Position numbers and translations under genes: made by a program. From Thermoanaerobaculia bacterium (GTDB taxonomy: Bacteria > Acidobacteriota > Thermoanaerobaculia > Multivoradales > Multivoraceae): DNA of 64,000 bases. The notes under the pieces are model-generated. The model worked only from the letters and a program-made list of their open reading frames with translations, did not search any database and was not told where the DNA came from. Positions 36,833 to 46,686 of this stretch are shown here, piece after piece; positions within the stretch are counted from its first letter, which is position 1; each line of letters opens with the position of its first letter. The stretch covers positions 2,016,001 through 2,080,000 of the forward strand of contig OY762911.1 of the NCBI GenBank assembly GCA_963666565.1, in the 5' to 3' direction.

Positions 36833-36955
36833 GGTCGCCGCTCCGCGGCGCGTTCTCTCAAGGCGGGTCGGAAGACCCGCGCACCCGGCGGCGGTAAGGC
36901 CGTCGCTTCGCGGTGCGTTTTCTCAAGCGGGTCGGAAGACCCGCGCACCCGGCGG
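36827..36955 (-). repeat. Tandem pair of ~65-bp REP-containing units
   Basis: cggtaagg...tctcaa(g)gcgggtcggaagacccgcgcacccggcgg at 36827-36891 and 36892-36955. Confidence 0.88.
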
Positions 36956-37036
36956 CCGTTCCGCAGCCGGGGCGGCTATTCTGGGTGCCGCGGACGTACT
37001 CGCGCCCGGAGCAGCCCGACCGATGAGGAGGCCGAC

Positions 37037-38236
37037 ATGAAGAACCGATCCACCATCCGCAGTCTGACCCTCGCCGCCGCGACGCTGGCCGTGGCGGTCG
37101 CGCCGCTCGCCGCCCAGGAGCGGGCGATCGAGTTCCCCGACGTCGACGGCTATCGGACCTTCGCCGTCGACCTGCACACCCACTCCGTCTTCTCCGACGG
37201 CATGGTCTGGCCGATCATCCGCATGCAGGAGTCCGAACGCGACGGCCTCGCGTTGATGGCCGTCACCGAACACCTGGAGTACCAGCCGCGGATGCAGGAC
37301 ATCCCGCACCCGGACCGGAATCGCTCCTACGTCGTCGCCAGCGAGTACGTCGCGGAGGCGGGGCTGGACGCGATGGTGGTCAACGGCGCCGAGATCACGC
37401 GCAGCATGCCGCCGGGCCACGTCAACGCCGTGTTCATCGAGGACGCGAACGCGCTCCTCGTGCAGACCAGCGGCGCGGACTACATGACTCGGCTTCGTCC
37501 CTCCACACCGGAGGAGCAGGCCGCGAGCGAGCGGGAGGCGCGGCGGGCGATCGAGGCGGCCAACGCGCAGAACGCCTTCGTCTTCTGGAATCACCCGAAC
37601 TGGCCGCGCCAGCGGCCCGACGGCGTCGCCAGGCTGACCGACATGCACCGCGATCTCATCGCCGAGGGCCTGCTGCACGGCATCGAGGTGGCGAACGGGG
37701 ACTTCTACTCGGCCGAGTCGCTCCAGATCGCGCTCGACAACGACCTGGCGATCCTCGGCGTCTCCGACGTCCACTACCTGATCGACTGGGACTACCTGCC
37801 CCATGCCGGCGGCCACCGCACGGTGACTCTCGTCTTCGCCGAAGAACGGACCGCCGAGTCGATCAAGGAGGCGCTGCACGCGAACCGCACGGTCGCCTGG
37901 CTGGCCAACTGGCTGATCGGCCGCGAAGACGCGCTGATGCCGCTGCTCGAGGCGTCGCTGCTGCTGACGAAGGTCGAACGCAGCGATGGCGACGAACTGA
38001 TCGACATCCGGCTCTCGAACGTCTCGGACGCCGCCTTCGACCTGCGGGTGACGAGCGGGCACCGCTTCAACGGCCCGCCGTCGACGATGCGGGTCGAGCC
38101 GCACAGCGACATCGACCTGGCGATCAGCGGCGAAACGCGCTCCAGCTTCGAGATGGCCTTCGAGGTTCTGAACGCCATCACGGCGCCGGAGACGCACCCG
38201 ACGCTGCGGCTGCCGGTCGAGCTGCCGCCGCAGTAG
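37037..38236 (+). CDS. Secreted PHP-domain phosphoesterase
   Basis: GAGGAGG SD; signal peptide; DLHTHSVFSDG, TEH, GAEIT, WNHP, SDVH. Confidence 0.85.
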   Translation: MKNRSTIRSLTLAAATLAVAVAPLAAQERAIEFPDVDGYRTFAVDLHTHSVFSDGMVWPIIRMQESERDGLALMAVTEHLEYQPRMQDIPHPDRNRSYVVASEYVAEAGLDAMVVNGAEITRSMPPGHVNAVFIEDANALLVQTSGADYMTRLRPSTPEEQAASEREARRAIEAANAQNAFVFWNHPNWPRQRPDGVARLTDMHRDLIAEGLLHGIEVANGDFYSAESLQIALDNDLAILGVSDVHYLIDWDYLPHAGGHRTVTLVFAEERTAESIKEALHANRTVAWLANWLIGREDALMPLLEASLLLTKVERSDGDELIDIRLSNVSDAAFDLRVTSGHRFNGPPSTMRVEPHSDIDLAISGETRSSFEMAFEVLNAITAPETHPTLRLPVELPPQ

Positions 38237-38241
38237 CAAGA

Positions 38242-38361
38242 CTGGGTGCGCGGGTCTGCCATCCGTGCGCCCGATGACGGCCGCACGGACCGGTTCACGG
38301 CTGGCGCGGTTCGCGCCACCCGGGTGCCTGGCCCGCTGCCGGGTGCCTGACCCGCTGCCGG
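38242..38361 (+). repeat. Degenerate composite REP element related to 42029-42111
   Basis: ctgggtgcgc..tgccatccgtgcgcccgatgacg..cgcacgga...tggcgcgg..cgcgccacccgggt. Confidence 0.7.
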
Positions 38362-38367
38362 TGGCGC

Positions 38368-39465
38368 TCAGTCCCGTTCGCCGCGGCGCTGGCGCTCGAC
38401 GATCCGGCGCACCGAATCCACGTCGGGCGCCCAGTACCGTTCCCGGTCTTCGACCGGCGGTTCGGCCAGCGGCCGTACGACGCGGAAGCCCAGGAAGCGG
38501 GCGTTCGTGTGGTACCAGACGCTCTGCGGGATCTGGGGATCCATCCGCTTCCACGAGAGGTCCGATCCGCGGCGGGCGGCGCAGCGAAGGTCGGCCGGCT
38601 CGTCCCGCCAGGAGCCGCCGCGGACGCTGCGCGGGTACTCCCTCTCCGGCCAGGCGATCGGGTCGACGAGAACCTCGCCCTCGCCGAGTTCCGCGTAGGC
38701 GGCCCAGGCGTCGAGGGTCCACTCGGCGACGTTGCCGTGCAAGTCGAAGAGTCCCCAGGCGTTCGGTTTCAGCCGGGCGATCTCGCGGTAGCGGCGGCCG
38801 CTGTTGCCGGCGTGCCAGGCGAAGCGGTCGATCTCCGCCGGGGCGTCGCCGAACGACCATGCCGTGTCCGCGCCGGCGCGGCAGGCGCGTTCCCACTCGG
38901 CCTCGGTCGGCAGCCGGTAGAAACGGCCGGTCTTCATCGACAGCCACTTGGTGAAGTGGCGAGCCGCGAACTGGGTCATCGAGATGGCCGGGAATCCCTC
39001 GACGCCCATGCCGAAGTCCATCGGCCGGTAGGGCGGCGTCGGCCGGCTCACCGCGTCCGCCCAGGCGGCCGCAGGTTCCTCGCCGCCGCGGTCCATGTCG
39101 AACATGAAGACGCGGTACAGGGCCCAGGTCGTCTCGTGGGTCGCCATCCAGAACGGGCCGACTCGCACCCGGAGGCGCGGGGATTCCAGTTCGCCGCGTC
39201 CGGGTTCCGTGTCCGGGCTGCCGAGCAGGAACTCGCCGCCCGGAACCGGCGTCATGTCGAGGTGAAGCTCTCCGCCTTCGACGCCGGCGCCGACGCCGAC
39301 GATCCGCTCCCGGTAGGGCCGCATGTCGGCCTCCGCGGCCGCGACGGCGGCCGGCACTTCCACCGGCGGCGGTTCGCCGGGAGGCATGTCCGGGTAGCGG
39401 CTCGCTCCTGGCTCTTGCGCCGCGGCCAGGAACAGCGCTCCTGCGAGCGCCGGCCCCCTCAGCAT
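38368..39465 (-). CDS. Formylglycine-generating enzyme (FGE-sulfatase) domain protein
   Basis: PGGEFLLGS, RLPTEAEWE, PNAWGLFDLHGNVAEW, RGGSW, GFR. Confidence 0.9.
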   Translation of the reverse strand: MLRGPALAGALFLAAAQEPGASRYPDMPPGEPPPVEVPAAVAAAEADMRPYRERIVGVGAGVEGGELHLDMTPVPGGEFLLGSPDTEPGRGELESPRLRVRVGPFWMATHETTWALYRVFMFDMDRGGEEPAAAWADAVSRPTPPYRPMDFGMGVEGFPAISMTQFAARHFTKWLSMKTGRFYRLPTEAEWERACRAGADTAWSFGDAPAEIDRFAWHAGNSGRRYREIARLKPNAWGLFDLHGNVAEWTLDAWAAYAELGEGEVLVDPIAWPEREYPRSVRGGSWRDEPADLRCAARRGSDLSWKRMDPQIPQSVWYHTNARFLGFRVVRPLAEPPVEDRERYWAPDVDSVRRIVERQRRGERD

Positions 39466-39470
39466 TTCCT

Positions 39471-39581
39471 CTGAGTGCGCGGGTCCTCCGACCCGCCGCC
39501 GCCGAAGGCGGCCTCCGAACCGTACATCCGCTGGGTGCGCGGGTCTTCCGACCCGCTGCCGCCGAAGGCGGCCTCCGAACC
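39471..39581 (+). repeat. Tandem pair of REP subfamily 1 units (60-bp period)
   Basis: ctg(a/g)gtgcgcgggtc(c/t)tccgacccgc(c/t)gccgccgaaggcggcctccgaacc at 39471 and 39531. Confidence 0.9.
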
Positions 39582-39655
39582 ATCGCCGGCTCTGCCGGCG
39601 TCCGCACTGTTCAGCACGCCGCCGTCACCCATGCGTCAGCGCTGCGACCACTCGC

Positions 39656-40447
39656 CTAACGTCCCTTGAAGACCGGCCGCCGCTTCTCCAGGAAGGCCGC
39701 GATGCCTTCCGCCGCGTCTTCGGTGCGGGCGGCGTCGGCGATCGCCTGCGACTCGAACTCCATCTGGGACTCCAGGTCCTCGGAGAAGGACTGCAGAACG
39801 AGTTCCCTCGCCCTGCCGAAGGCCCACGTCGGCCCCGCGGCGAGCTGCTTCGCCAGCGCCTCCGCCCGCGCATCGAGATCTTCCGGCGCCACGACTTCGG
39901 TCACCAAGCCCCAGTCCAGGGCCTCGGCAGCCGAGAGCGCCCGGTTCGTCAGGATGAGCTCGAGCGTGCGGTGACGCCCCAGGAGCCTCGGCAGGAACCA
40001 GGTCGAACTGCCGTCCGGCGTCAGGCCGGCGGCCGTGTAGGCCATCGTGAACCTCGCCTTCTCCGAGGCGACGACCAGGTCGGCGGCGCAGGCCATCGAG
40101 AAGCCGGCGCCGGCCGCCGCCCCCTGCACCGCGGCGACGATCGGCGCCCGCCCGCGGACCAGCCGCGTCAGCGACGCGTGAAGGAAAGCCGTCATCTCCT
40201 TGAGCACCTTGGGCAGCGAGTCGCCGGCGGCGTTGAACGCCGCCACGTCGCCGCCGCCGCAGAACATCGGCCCCGTGCTTCGCAGCAGGATCGCCCGGAC
40301 CTCGGGGTTCTCGTCGCACTCGATCCCGATCTGGAGCAGCTCCCGCGCCATCTGCGGGCTGATCGTGTTTGCCGCTTCGGGCCGGTTCAGCGTGATCCGG
40401 GCGACGCCGTCCCGGAGGTCGAGGGTCACGGTGCTCGTGTCGTTCAT
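39656..40447 (-). CDS. Enoyl-CoA hydratase/isomerase (PaaG-like)
   Basis: LNRPEAAN, FCGGGD, AAGAG, GLTPDGS, AFLEKRRP. Confidence 0.9.
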   Translation of the reverse strand: MNDTSTVTLDLRDGVARITLNRPEAANTISPQMARELLQIGIECDENPEVRAILLRSTGPMFCGGGDVAAFNAAGDSLPKVLKEMTAFLHASLTRLVRGRAPIVAAVQGAAAGAGFSMACAADLVVASEKARFTMAYTAAGLTPDGSSTWFLPRLLGRHRTLELILTNRALSAAEALDWGLVTEVVAPEDLDARAEALAKQLAAGPTWAFGRARELVLQSFSEDLESQMEFESQAIADAARTEDAAEGIAAFLEKRRPVFKGR

Positions 40448-40637
40448 GGCGGCGATGGTAGCGGAGGCTGACGGTGGCGCCAGCGTCCGAGACGCCTCGC
40501 AGGCTCGGCGCTTCGGCCCATCCGGTCCTCGCTCGGGAGCTTGAGCCGCGAACTCGCTACACTGCGTTCCGCGGCGCAAGCTACTAGACTAGGACGACCG
40601 GAGACGAAGACGGCACCTGGCGGTGCGGGGAGACACG

Positions 40638-41969
40638 ATGGACGGAACCTCTCGACGCAGTTTCATCACCGGGGCCTCGGCGGCCCTGCTGGCAGGCGGA
40701 GTCGGCGGCCGCGCGGCGGCGGCCGCGAACGCGGACCCCGACGTGGGCCGCGCCCGCGGCGACGACACGCTCCGCATCGGCCTGATCGGCTGCGGCGGCC
40801 GCGGCACCGGCGCCGCGGCGCAGGCGCTCTCGACTTCGGGGCCGGTCGAACTGGTGGCGATGGCCGACGCCTTCGAGGACCGGGTCGAGAACTGCTACGC
40901 GCGGCTCGCCGAGATGGGCGAGGAAGGCTCGTTCGAGAACGGCAAGCGCCTCCAGGTGCCGGCCGAGAACCGCTACGTGGGCTTCGACGCCTACCGCAGG
41001 GTGATCGACTCCGGCGTCGACGTCGTCGTCCACGCGACGCCGCCGGGCTTCCGGCCCGAGCATTTCGAGTACGCGGTCGAGCAGGGCAAGCACGTCTTCA
41101 TGGAGAAGCCGGTCGCGGTCGACGCGCCGGGCGTGCGGCGCGTGCTCAAGGCCGCCAAGCTGGCGAAGGAGAAGGACCTCAAGGTCGGCGTCGGCCTGCA
41201 GCGGCACCACAGCGCGATGTACAACGCGACGATCGACCGGGTCCACGACGGCGCCATCGGCGACGTGGTCGCGCTTCGCGTCTACTGGAACGGCGCCGGC
41301 CTCTGGGTGCGGGAGCGCCAGCCCGGCCAGACCGAGATGGAGTACCAGATGCGCAACTGGTACTACTTCAACTGGCTCTGCGGCGACCACATCGTCGAAC
41401 AGCACATCCACAACATCGACGTCGGCAACTGGGTCAAGGGCGGGCACCCCGTCGAAGCCCAGGGCCAGGGCGGCCGCCAGTGGCGGAACGGCCCCGACCA
41501 CGGCGAGATCTTCGACCACCACTTCGTCGAGTACACCTACGACGACGGCGCCGTCATGCTGAGCCAGTGCCGCCACATCCAGAACTGCTGGGACCAGGTC
41601 GCCGAGTTCGCGCACGGCACCAAGGGCAAGGCGGCCCTGGCCGCCGGCGTGATCAAGGCGCCGGGCGGCTGGAAGCACCGCGAACCGGAGGACGAGAAGA
41701 GCCCGTACCAGGTCGAGCACGACCGCCTGTTCGAGGCCATCCGCGAAGGCAAGCCCTTCAACGAGGCGAAGAACGGCGCCATCGCCACGATGACCGCCGT
41801 CATGGGCCGCATGGCCACCTACTCCGGCAAGAAGATCACCTGGGACGAGGCGCTCAAGTCGGACGTGTCCTTCGAGCCGGCGAAGTACGCCTGGGACGCC
41901 GCGCCGCCGACGGTGCCGGACGAGCACGGCCGGTACACCGTGGCGGTGCCGGGAGTGACGAAGGCGTAG
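40638..41969 (+). CDS. Gfo/Idh/MocA oxidoreductase (Tat)
   Basis: SRRSFI; IGLIGCGGRG; ATPPGFRP; FMEKP; EQHIHNID. Confidence 0.92.
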   Translation: MDGTSRRSFITGASAALLAGGVGGRAAAAANADPDVGRARGDDTLRIGLIGCGGRGTGAAAQALSTSGPVELVAMADAFEDRVENCYARLAEMGEEGSFENGKRLQVPAENRYVGFDAYRRVIDSGVDVVVHATPPGFRPEHFEYAVEQGKHVFMEKPVAVDAPGVRRVLKAAKLAKEKDLKVGVGLQRHHSAMYNATIDRVHDGAIGDVVALRVYWNGAGLWVRERQPGQTEMEYQMRNWYYFNWLCGDHIVEQHIHNIDVGNWVKGGHPVEAQGQGGRQWRNGPDHGEIFDHHFVEYTYDDGAVMLSQCRHIQNCWDQVAEFAHGTKGKAALAAGVIKAPGGWKHREPEDEKSPYQVEHDRLFEAIREGKPFNEAKNGAIATMTAVMGRMATYSGKKITWDEALKSDVSFEPAKYAWDAAPPTVPDEHGRYTVAVPGVTKA

Positions 41970-41988
41970 ACAAGTCTGACGCCAGTCA

Positions 41989-42152
41989 CTGGGTGCGCGC
42001 GGGTCGTCTGACCCGCTGCCGCCGAACACTGGGTGCGCCGGGGTGCCATCCGTGCGCCCGATGACGAGCGCACGGATGGCTCGCGCGTGGCGCGGGCCGC
42101 GCCACCCGGGTTCTCGCCAGTTTCCGAAGAAACGCGCCGCGAAGCGGCGGCC
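41989..42152 (+). repeat. Composite REP/hairpin cluster between convergent genes (possible terminator role)
   Basis: Variant REP at 41989-42016; 13-bp stem gccatccgtgcgc/gcgcacggatggc at 42045-42080; cgccgcgaagcggcg at ~42135-42149. Confidence 0.75.
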
Positions 42153-42163
42153 GTTGTGCCGCG

Positions 42164-42820
42164 CTACGGCGCGGCCTCGAATGCGGCGAGGAACTGGTGA
42201 TCGCCCCAGGCGATCCTCAACACCGCGCCCGGTTCGACCTCCAGGAACTCGATCGTCAGCTTCTCGGTCGGCTCGTCGGCCGTGGAGTGCTCGAGCGGCA
42301 CCTCGACGGCGTCGGCCGCCGGGGCGCGCTGACTGCCCCAGATGTCGGCGTCGCCGTTGAAGACGAGGTTCCAGCCGTCGGCGGTGCGCTTCGGCCACAG
42401 GCTGTAGACGCCCGGGTAGTCGGGGGAGGCGTTGCCTTGCGGCACGACGACTCCGCCGAAGGAGAGCGAGACGCCGGTGAGCAGCTTGAGCGCCCGGCCG
42501 CTGTTCCAGACGGCAACCTGGCCGGGTTCGAGATTCTCGAATGCGCGGTAGTCGTCGCTGTCCGCCAGGAGATCCGGATAGGAGATTCGGAGCTGCTTGC
42601 CGCCGAGTTCGAGTTCGGCGAGGTTGCCGTAGCGCAGGCGTCGCAACCGCTCGCGGCGGGCGGCGGCCCTGGCGGCGGCGTCGCCGTCGTCGGCCTGGGC
42701 GGTGGCCGGGGCGGGGTCGGAGCGGCTTGAGCCAGCCGGTTCCTGGGCGGTGATCGGCGCCGCTTCGAGGAGCAGGGCGGAAAGGAGGGCGAGGGCGGCG
42801 ATGGCGGTCGTCGTTCTCAC
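42164..42820 (-). CDS. DUF2911-like secreted protein
   Basis: Signal peptide; GVYSLW, WNLVFN, IWG, EKLTIEF, IAWG. Confidence 0.65.
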   Translation of the reverse strand: MRTTTAIAALALLSALLLEAAPITAQEPAGSSRSDPAPATAQADDGDAAARAAARRERLRRLRYGNLAELELGGKQLRISYPDLLADSDDYRAFENLEPGQVAVWNSGRALKLLTGVSLSFGGVVVPQGNASPDYPGVYSLWPKRTADGWNLVFNGDADIWGSQRAPAADAVEVPLEHSTADEPTEKLTIEFLEVEPGAVLRIAWGDHQFLAAFEAAP

Positions 42821-42950
42821 GGCGAGCTCCGGTAGAGGTTGCGGAAGGAAGGGGCGGTCGTGGCCGCTCGGCGGAGCTTACAGGCCGGAGTGACCGCTTG
42901 CGGCTCGGCGGTAGACTCGGCGAAGGCGCTTGCCGCCCGGAGACCGCTCC

Positions 42951-45900
42951 ATGACGACGCCCGAACAGGATCCGCGGATCCGCCTCGCCGAAGACGCCAG
43001 CCCGCTCCGGTTCGTGACGGCGGCGTCGCTCTTCGACGGGCACGACGCGGCGATCCACATCATGCGGCGCATGATCCAGGACCGCGGGGCCGAGGTGATC
43101 CACCTGGGCCACAACCGCGGCGTCGACGAGATCGTCCGCGCCGCGGTGCAGGAGGACGCCGACGCCATCGCGGTCAGTTCCTACCAGGGAGGCCACATCG
43201 AGTTCTTCCGCTACATGATCGACCGGCTGGCGGAGGAGGGCAGGGAAGACGTTCTCGTGTTCGGCGGCGGCGGCGGCACGATCACGCCGGAGGAGATCGC
43301 GGAACTTGAGGCCTACGGCGTCGAGCGGATCTACCACCCCGACGACGGCCTGAAGATGGGTCTGCCGGCGATGATCGACGACGTCGTCGAGCGGGCGCAC
43401 GCGAAGCGCCGGCCGGCGGCCGCCGAGCCGCGGTTCCGGGCGCGGATGGCGGCGGATCCCGGCGGCGACATCGAGCTCTCGGGGCTGTTGTCGGCGATCG
43501 AGCGAGGCGCGCTGGACGAAGCCGAACTGCGCCGGCTACGCAAGGAGTGGCGCCTCGCCGGCGCCGGCGTGCCGGTCGTGGGCCTCACCGGCACCGGCGG
43601 CGCGGGCAAGAGCAGCGTCGCCGACGAACTGCTGAATCGCTTCCTCGATTCCATGCCGGAGGCCGCCTCTGAGATGCGGATCGCCCTGCTGGCGGTCGAC
43701 CCGACCCGGCGGCGCACTGGCGGCGCGTTGCTCGGCGACCGCATCCGCATGAACAGCCTGCGCAGCGACCGCGCCTTCATGCGCTCGATGGCGACCCGCC
43801 GGCAGCACCGCGCCACCAGCGAGGTGCTGGGCGACGCGATCGCCCTGCTCAAGGCGTCCGGGTTCTCCATGGTCCTCGTGGAGACCGCCGGCATCGGCCA
43901 GAGCGACAGCGAGATCGTCGACCTGGTGGACCTCTCGATCTACGTGATGACCTCGGACTACGGCGCGGCCAGCCAGCTCGAGAAGATCGACATGCTCGAC
44001 TTCGCCGACGTGATCGTGCTGAACAAGTTCGACCGGCGCGGCGGCCGGGACGCGCTGCGCGACATCCGCAAGCAGTGGCGTCGCAACCGCCTGGCCTTCC
44101 AGACCGCGGACGAGGACGTGCCGGTCTACCCGACGATCGCGAGCCAGTTCCAGGATCCCGGCGTCAACTGGATGTTCTGGAACGTCTGCCGGCTGCTGCA
44201 GGAGCGGCTCGACCTGGACGAGGAGGCGTGGACGCCGGAGATCGCACTGGACGAGCGCGAACCGAGCGCGGCGGCGCTGATCCCGGACAGCCGCAGCCGC
44301 TACCTCGCCGAGATCGCCGAGGCGAGCCGGGCCGCCGAGGCCGAGGCGGAGCGGCGCGCCGCCGCGGCGTCCAGGGCGCACGCCTGCTACCGGGCGCTGG
44401 CGGAACTCGACGACCCGGAGCTTCCCGAACCGCTCGCCGCGTACGCTGAGTCGGCGCTGGAGACGGCCCGCGGCGCCGGCGCCGAGTCGCCCGCTGGCGC
44501 AGGCGGGGAGACCGGCACGGGCGCGGCCGCCCGCGCCGCCACTCCCGACGTCGCCCGCGCCGCCGCGCCCTCCGGCACGGCCCCCGCCGCCGCTCTCGGC
44601 ACGACCGCCGACGAGACCCTCTTGCGCCTGCGCCGGAGCTACCAGCAGGCGCTGGCGGAAGTGGGCGCCGGCGCGGCGGCACTCCTCCGCGCCTGGCCGG
44701 CCCGCGCCGCGGCCGCGCGTGCGGACCGGTACAGCTACCCGGTCCGCGGCCGCGAGGTCACCGGCGACAACTACGTCACGACGCTCAGCCACCTGCGGAT
44801 GCCGAAGCTGGCCCTGCCCGAGTACTCGGACTGGGGCGACCTGCTGCGCTTCCTGCTGAAGCACAACCTGCCCGGCGCTTGGCCCTACACCGCCGGCGTT
44901 TACCCCTACCGTCGCCGCGGCGAGGAGCCGACGCGGATGTTCGCCGGCGAGGGGATCGCGGAGCGCACGAACCGACGGTTCCACTTCGTCTCGCGCGGCC
45001 AGCCCGCGAACCGCCTGTCCACCGCCTTCGACTCGGTCACCCTCTACGGCTCGGACCCCGGCGAGCGGCCCGACATCTGGGGCAAGGTCGGCAACTCGGG
45101 CGTCTCCATCGCCACGGTCGACGACATGAAGCGGCTTTACTCGGGCTTCGACCTGTGCGACCCCGCGACCTCCGTGTCGATGACGATCAACGGCCCGGCG
45201 CCGACCATCCTCGCCTTCTTCATGAACGCCGCCATCGACCAGCAGGTCGAACTGCACCTGCGCGAGACCGGCGGCTTGGAGCGGGCGCGGGCCGAGATCG
45301 ACCGGCTGTCAGGCGGCGACGTGCCGGTCTACCGCGGCGAACTGCCGGAGGAGAACGACGGCCTGGGACTGGCACTGCTTGGCATCTCGGGCGACCGGGT
45401 CGTCGAGCGCGAGGTCTACGAGCGCATCCGCGCCGACGCCCTGAGCCGGGTTCGGGGCACGGTGCAGGCCGACATCCTGAAGGAGGACCAAGCCCAGAAC
45501 ACATGCATCTTCTCGACCGAGTTCTCGTTGCGGACGATGGGCGACGTCCAGCAGTTCTTCATCGACGAGAACGTCCGCAACTACTACAGCGCCTCGGTCA
45601 GCGGCTACCACATCGCCGAAGCCGGCGCGAACCCGATCACGCAACTCGCGTTCACGCTCGCCAACGGCTTCACGATCGTCGAGTACTACCTCGCGCGCGG
45701 CATGGCGATCGACGACTTCGCTCCCAACCTGTCGTTCTTCTTCTCGAACGGGATGGACCCGGAGTACGCCGTGATCGGGCGGGTCGCCCGCCGCATCTGG
45801 GCGCGCGCGATGCGCGAGCGCTACGGCGCCTCGGCGCGCAGCCAGATGCTCAAGTACCACATCCAGACCTCCGGCCGTTCGCTGCACGCGCAGGAGATCC

Positions 45901-46556
45901 AGTTCAACGACATCCGCACCACGCTGCAGGCGCTCTACGGAATCCTCGACCGCTGCAACTCCCTGCACACGAACGCCTTCGACGAGGCGATCACGACCCC
46001 GACCGAGCAGTCCGTCCGGCGCGCGCTGGCGATCCAGTTGATCATCAACCGCGAGTTCGGCCTCAACCGGAGCGAGAACCCCTGGCAGGGCTCGTTCGCC
46101 CTCGACCAGTTGACCGACGCCGTGGAGGAGGCCGTCTACCTGGAGTTCGAGCGCCTGTCCGAGCGGGGCGGCGTGCTGGCGGCGATGGACACGATGTACC
46201 AGCGCTCGAAGATCCAGGACGAGAGCATGGAGTACGAGGCGAAGAAGCACGACGGCAGCCTGCCGGTGGTCGGCGTCAACACCTTCCTCGCCGAGGGGCA
46301 GGAGCACGCCGAGACGGTCGAGGCGGAACTCATCCGCTCGACCGACGAGGAGAAGCGGCAGCAGATCGAGAGTCTGGCCTCCTTCCACCGCCGGCACGCC
46401 GGCCACTCCGAGGCGTGTCTCGAACGCCTACAGGACGTCGCGCGGCGGCGGGGCAACGTCTTCGAGGAACTGATGGAGACGGTCAAGCACTGCTCGCTCG
46501 GCCAGATCTCGGACGCGCTCTACCGCGTCGGCGGCGAGTACCGGCGCAGCATGTAG
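42951..46556 (+). CDS. icmF: Fused isobutyryl-CoA mutase / GTPase chaperone
   Basis: B12 motif DGHD; MeaB P-loop GTGGAGKSS and ETAGIGQ; mutase TRMFAGEG, RLSTAFDS, QTSGRSLH; YRRSM end. Confidence 0.95.
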   Translation: MTTPEQDPRIRLAEDASPLRFVTAASLFDGHDAAIHIMRRMIQDRGAEVIHLGHNRGVDEIVRAAVQEDADAIAVSSYQGGHIEFFRYMIDRLAEEGREDVLVFGGGGGTITPEEIAELEAYGVERIYHPDDGLKMGLPAMIDDVVERAHAKRRPAAAEPRFRARMAADPGGDIELSGLLSAIERGALDEAELRRLRKEWRLAGAGVPVVGLTGTGGAGKSSVADELLNRFLDSMPEAASEMRIALLAVDPTRRRTGGALLGDRIRMNSLRSDRAFMRSMATRRQHRATSEVLGDAIALLKASGFSMVLVETAGIGQSDSEIVDLVDLSIYVMTSDYGAASQLEKIDMLDFADVIVLNKFDRRGGRDALRDIRKQWRRNRLAFQTADEDVPVYPTIASQFQDPGVNWMFWNVCRLLQERLDLDEEAWTPEIALDEREPSAAALIPDSRSRYLAEIAEASRAAEAEAERRAAAASRAHACYRALAELDDPELPEPLAAYAESALETARGAGAESPAGAGGETGTGAAARAATPDVARAAAPSGTAPAAALGTTADETLLRLRRSYQQALAEVGAGAAALLRAWPARAAAARADRYSYPVRGREVTGDNYVTTLSHLRMPKLALPEYSDWGDLLRFLLKHNLPGAWPYTAGVYPYRRRGEEPTRMFAGEGIAERTNRRFHFVSRGQPANRLSTAFDSVTLYGSDPGERPDIWGKVGNSGVSIATVDDMKRLYSGFDLCDPATSVSMTINGPAPTILAFFMNAAIDQQVELHLRETGGLERARAEIDRLSGGDVPVYRGELPEENDGLGLALLGISGDRVVEREVYERIRADALSRVRGTVQADILKEDQAQNTCIFSTEFSLRTMGDVQQFFIDENVRNYYSASVSGYHIAEAGANPITQLAFTLANGFTIVEYYLARGMAIDDFAPNLSFFFSNGMDPEYAVIGRVARRIWARAMRERYGASARSQMLKYHIQTSGRSLHAQEIQFNDIRTTLQALYGILDRCNSLHTNAFDEAITTPTEQSVRRALAIQLIINREFGLNRSENPWQGSFALDQLTDAVEEAVYLEFERLSERGGVLAAMDTMYQRSKIQDESMEYEAKKHDGSLPVVGVNTFLAEGQEHAETVEAELIRSTDEEKRQQIESLASFHRRHAGHSEACLERLQDVARRRGNVFEELMETVKHCSLGQISDALYRVGGEYRRSM

Positions 46557-46686
46557 CGCCGCCGACCGCCGCGCATGCCGGGTCCGTTGACGGCGAAGAA
46601 CTGCGGCATATCTGCGCTCGCCAATGCTCAGGCCGAGCTACCAGTCATGCGCCAGGTTCCAGCCAGCTCCAGCGAGTCGTAGTCCT

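Noticed and set aside
39471-39581. Direct repeats as a mini CRISPR array (also 36827-36955)
   Set aside because: Only two units, no unique spacer of CRISPR size, no cas genes, and the same sequence is dispersed in both orientations.
24867-39669. ORFs starting MRGSSDP or containing GRKTRAPSG
   Set aside because: These are translations of the REP repeat, which contains a GTG. True starts lie downstream (e.g. 24780, 25112).
40571-40587. gcggcgcaagct.ctag match to 22528-22544
   Set aside because: Only 17 bp in GC-rich DNA with no shared context; cannot be distinguished from chance.
42821-42950. Cobalamin riboswitch upstream of icmF
   Set aside because: The gap is short and shows no B12-box-like conserved sequence.
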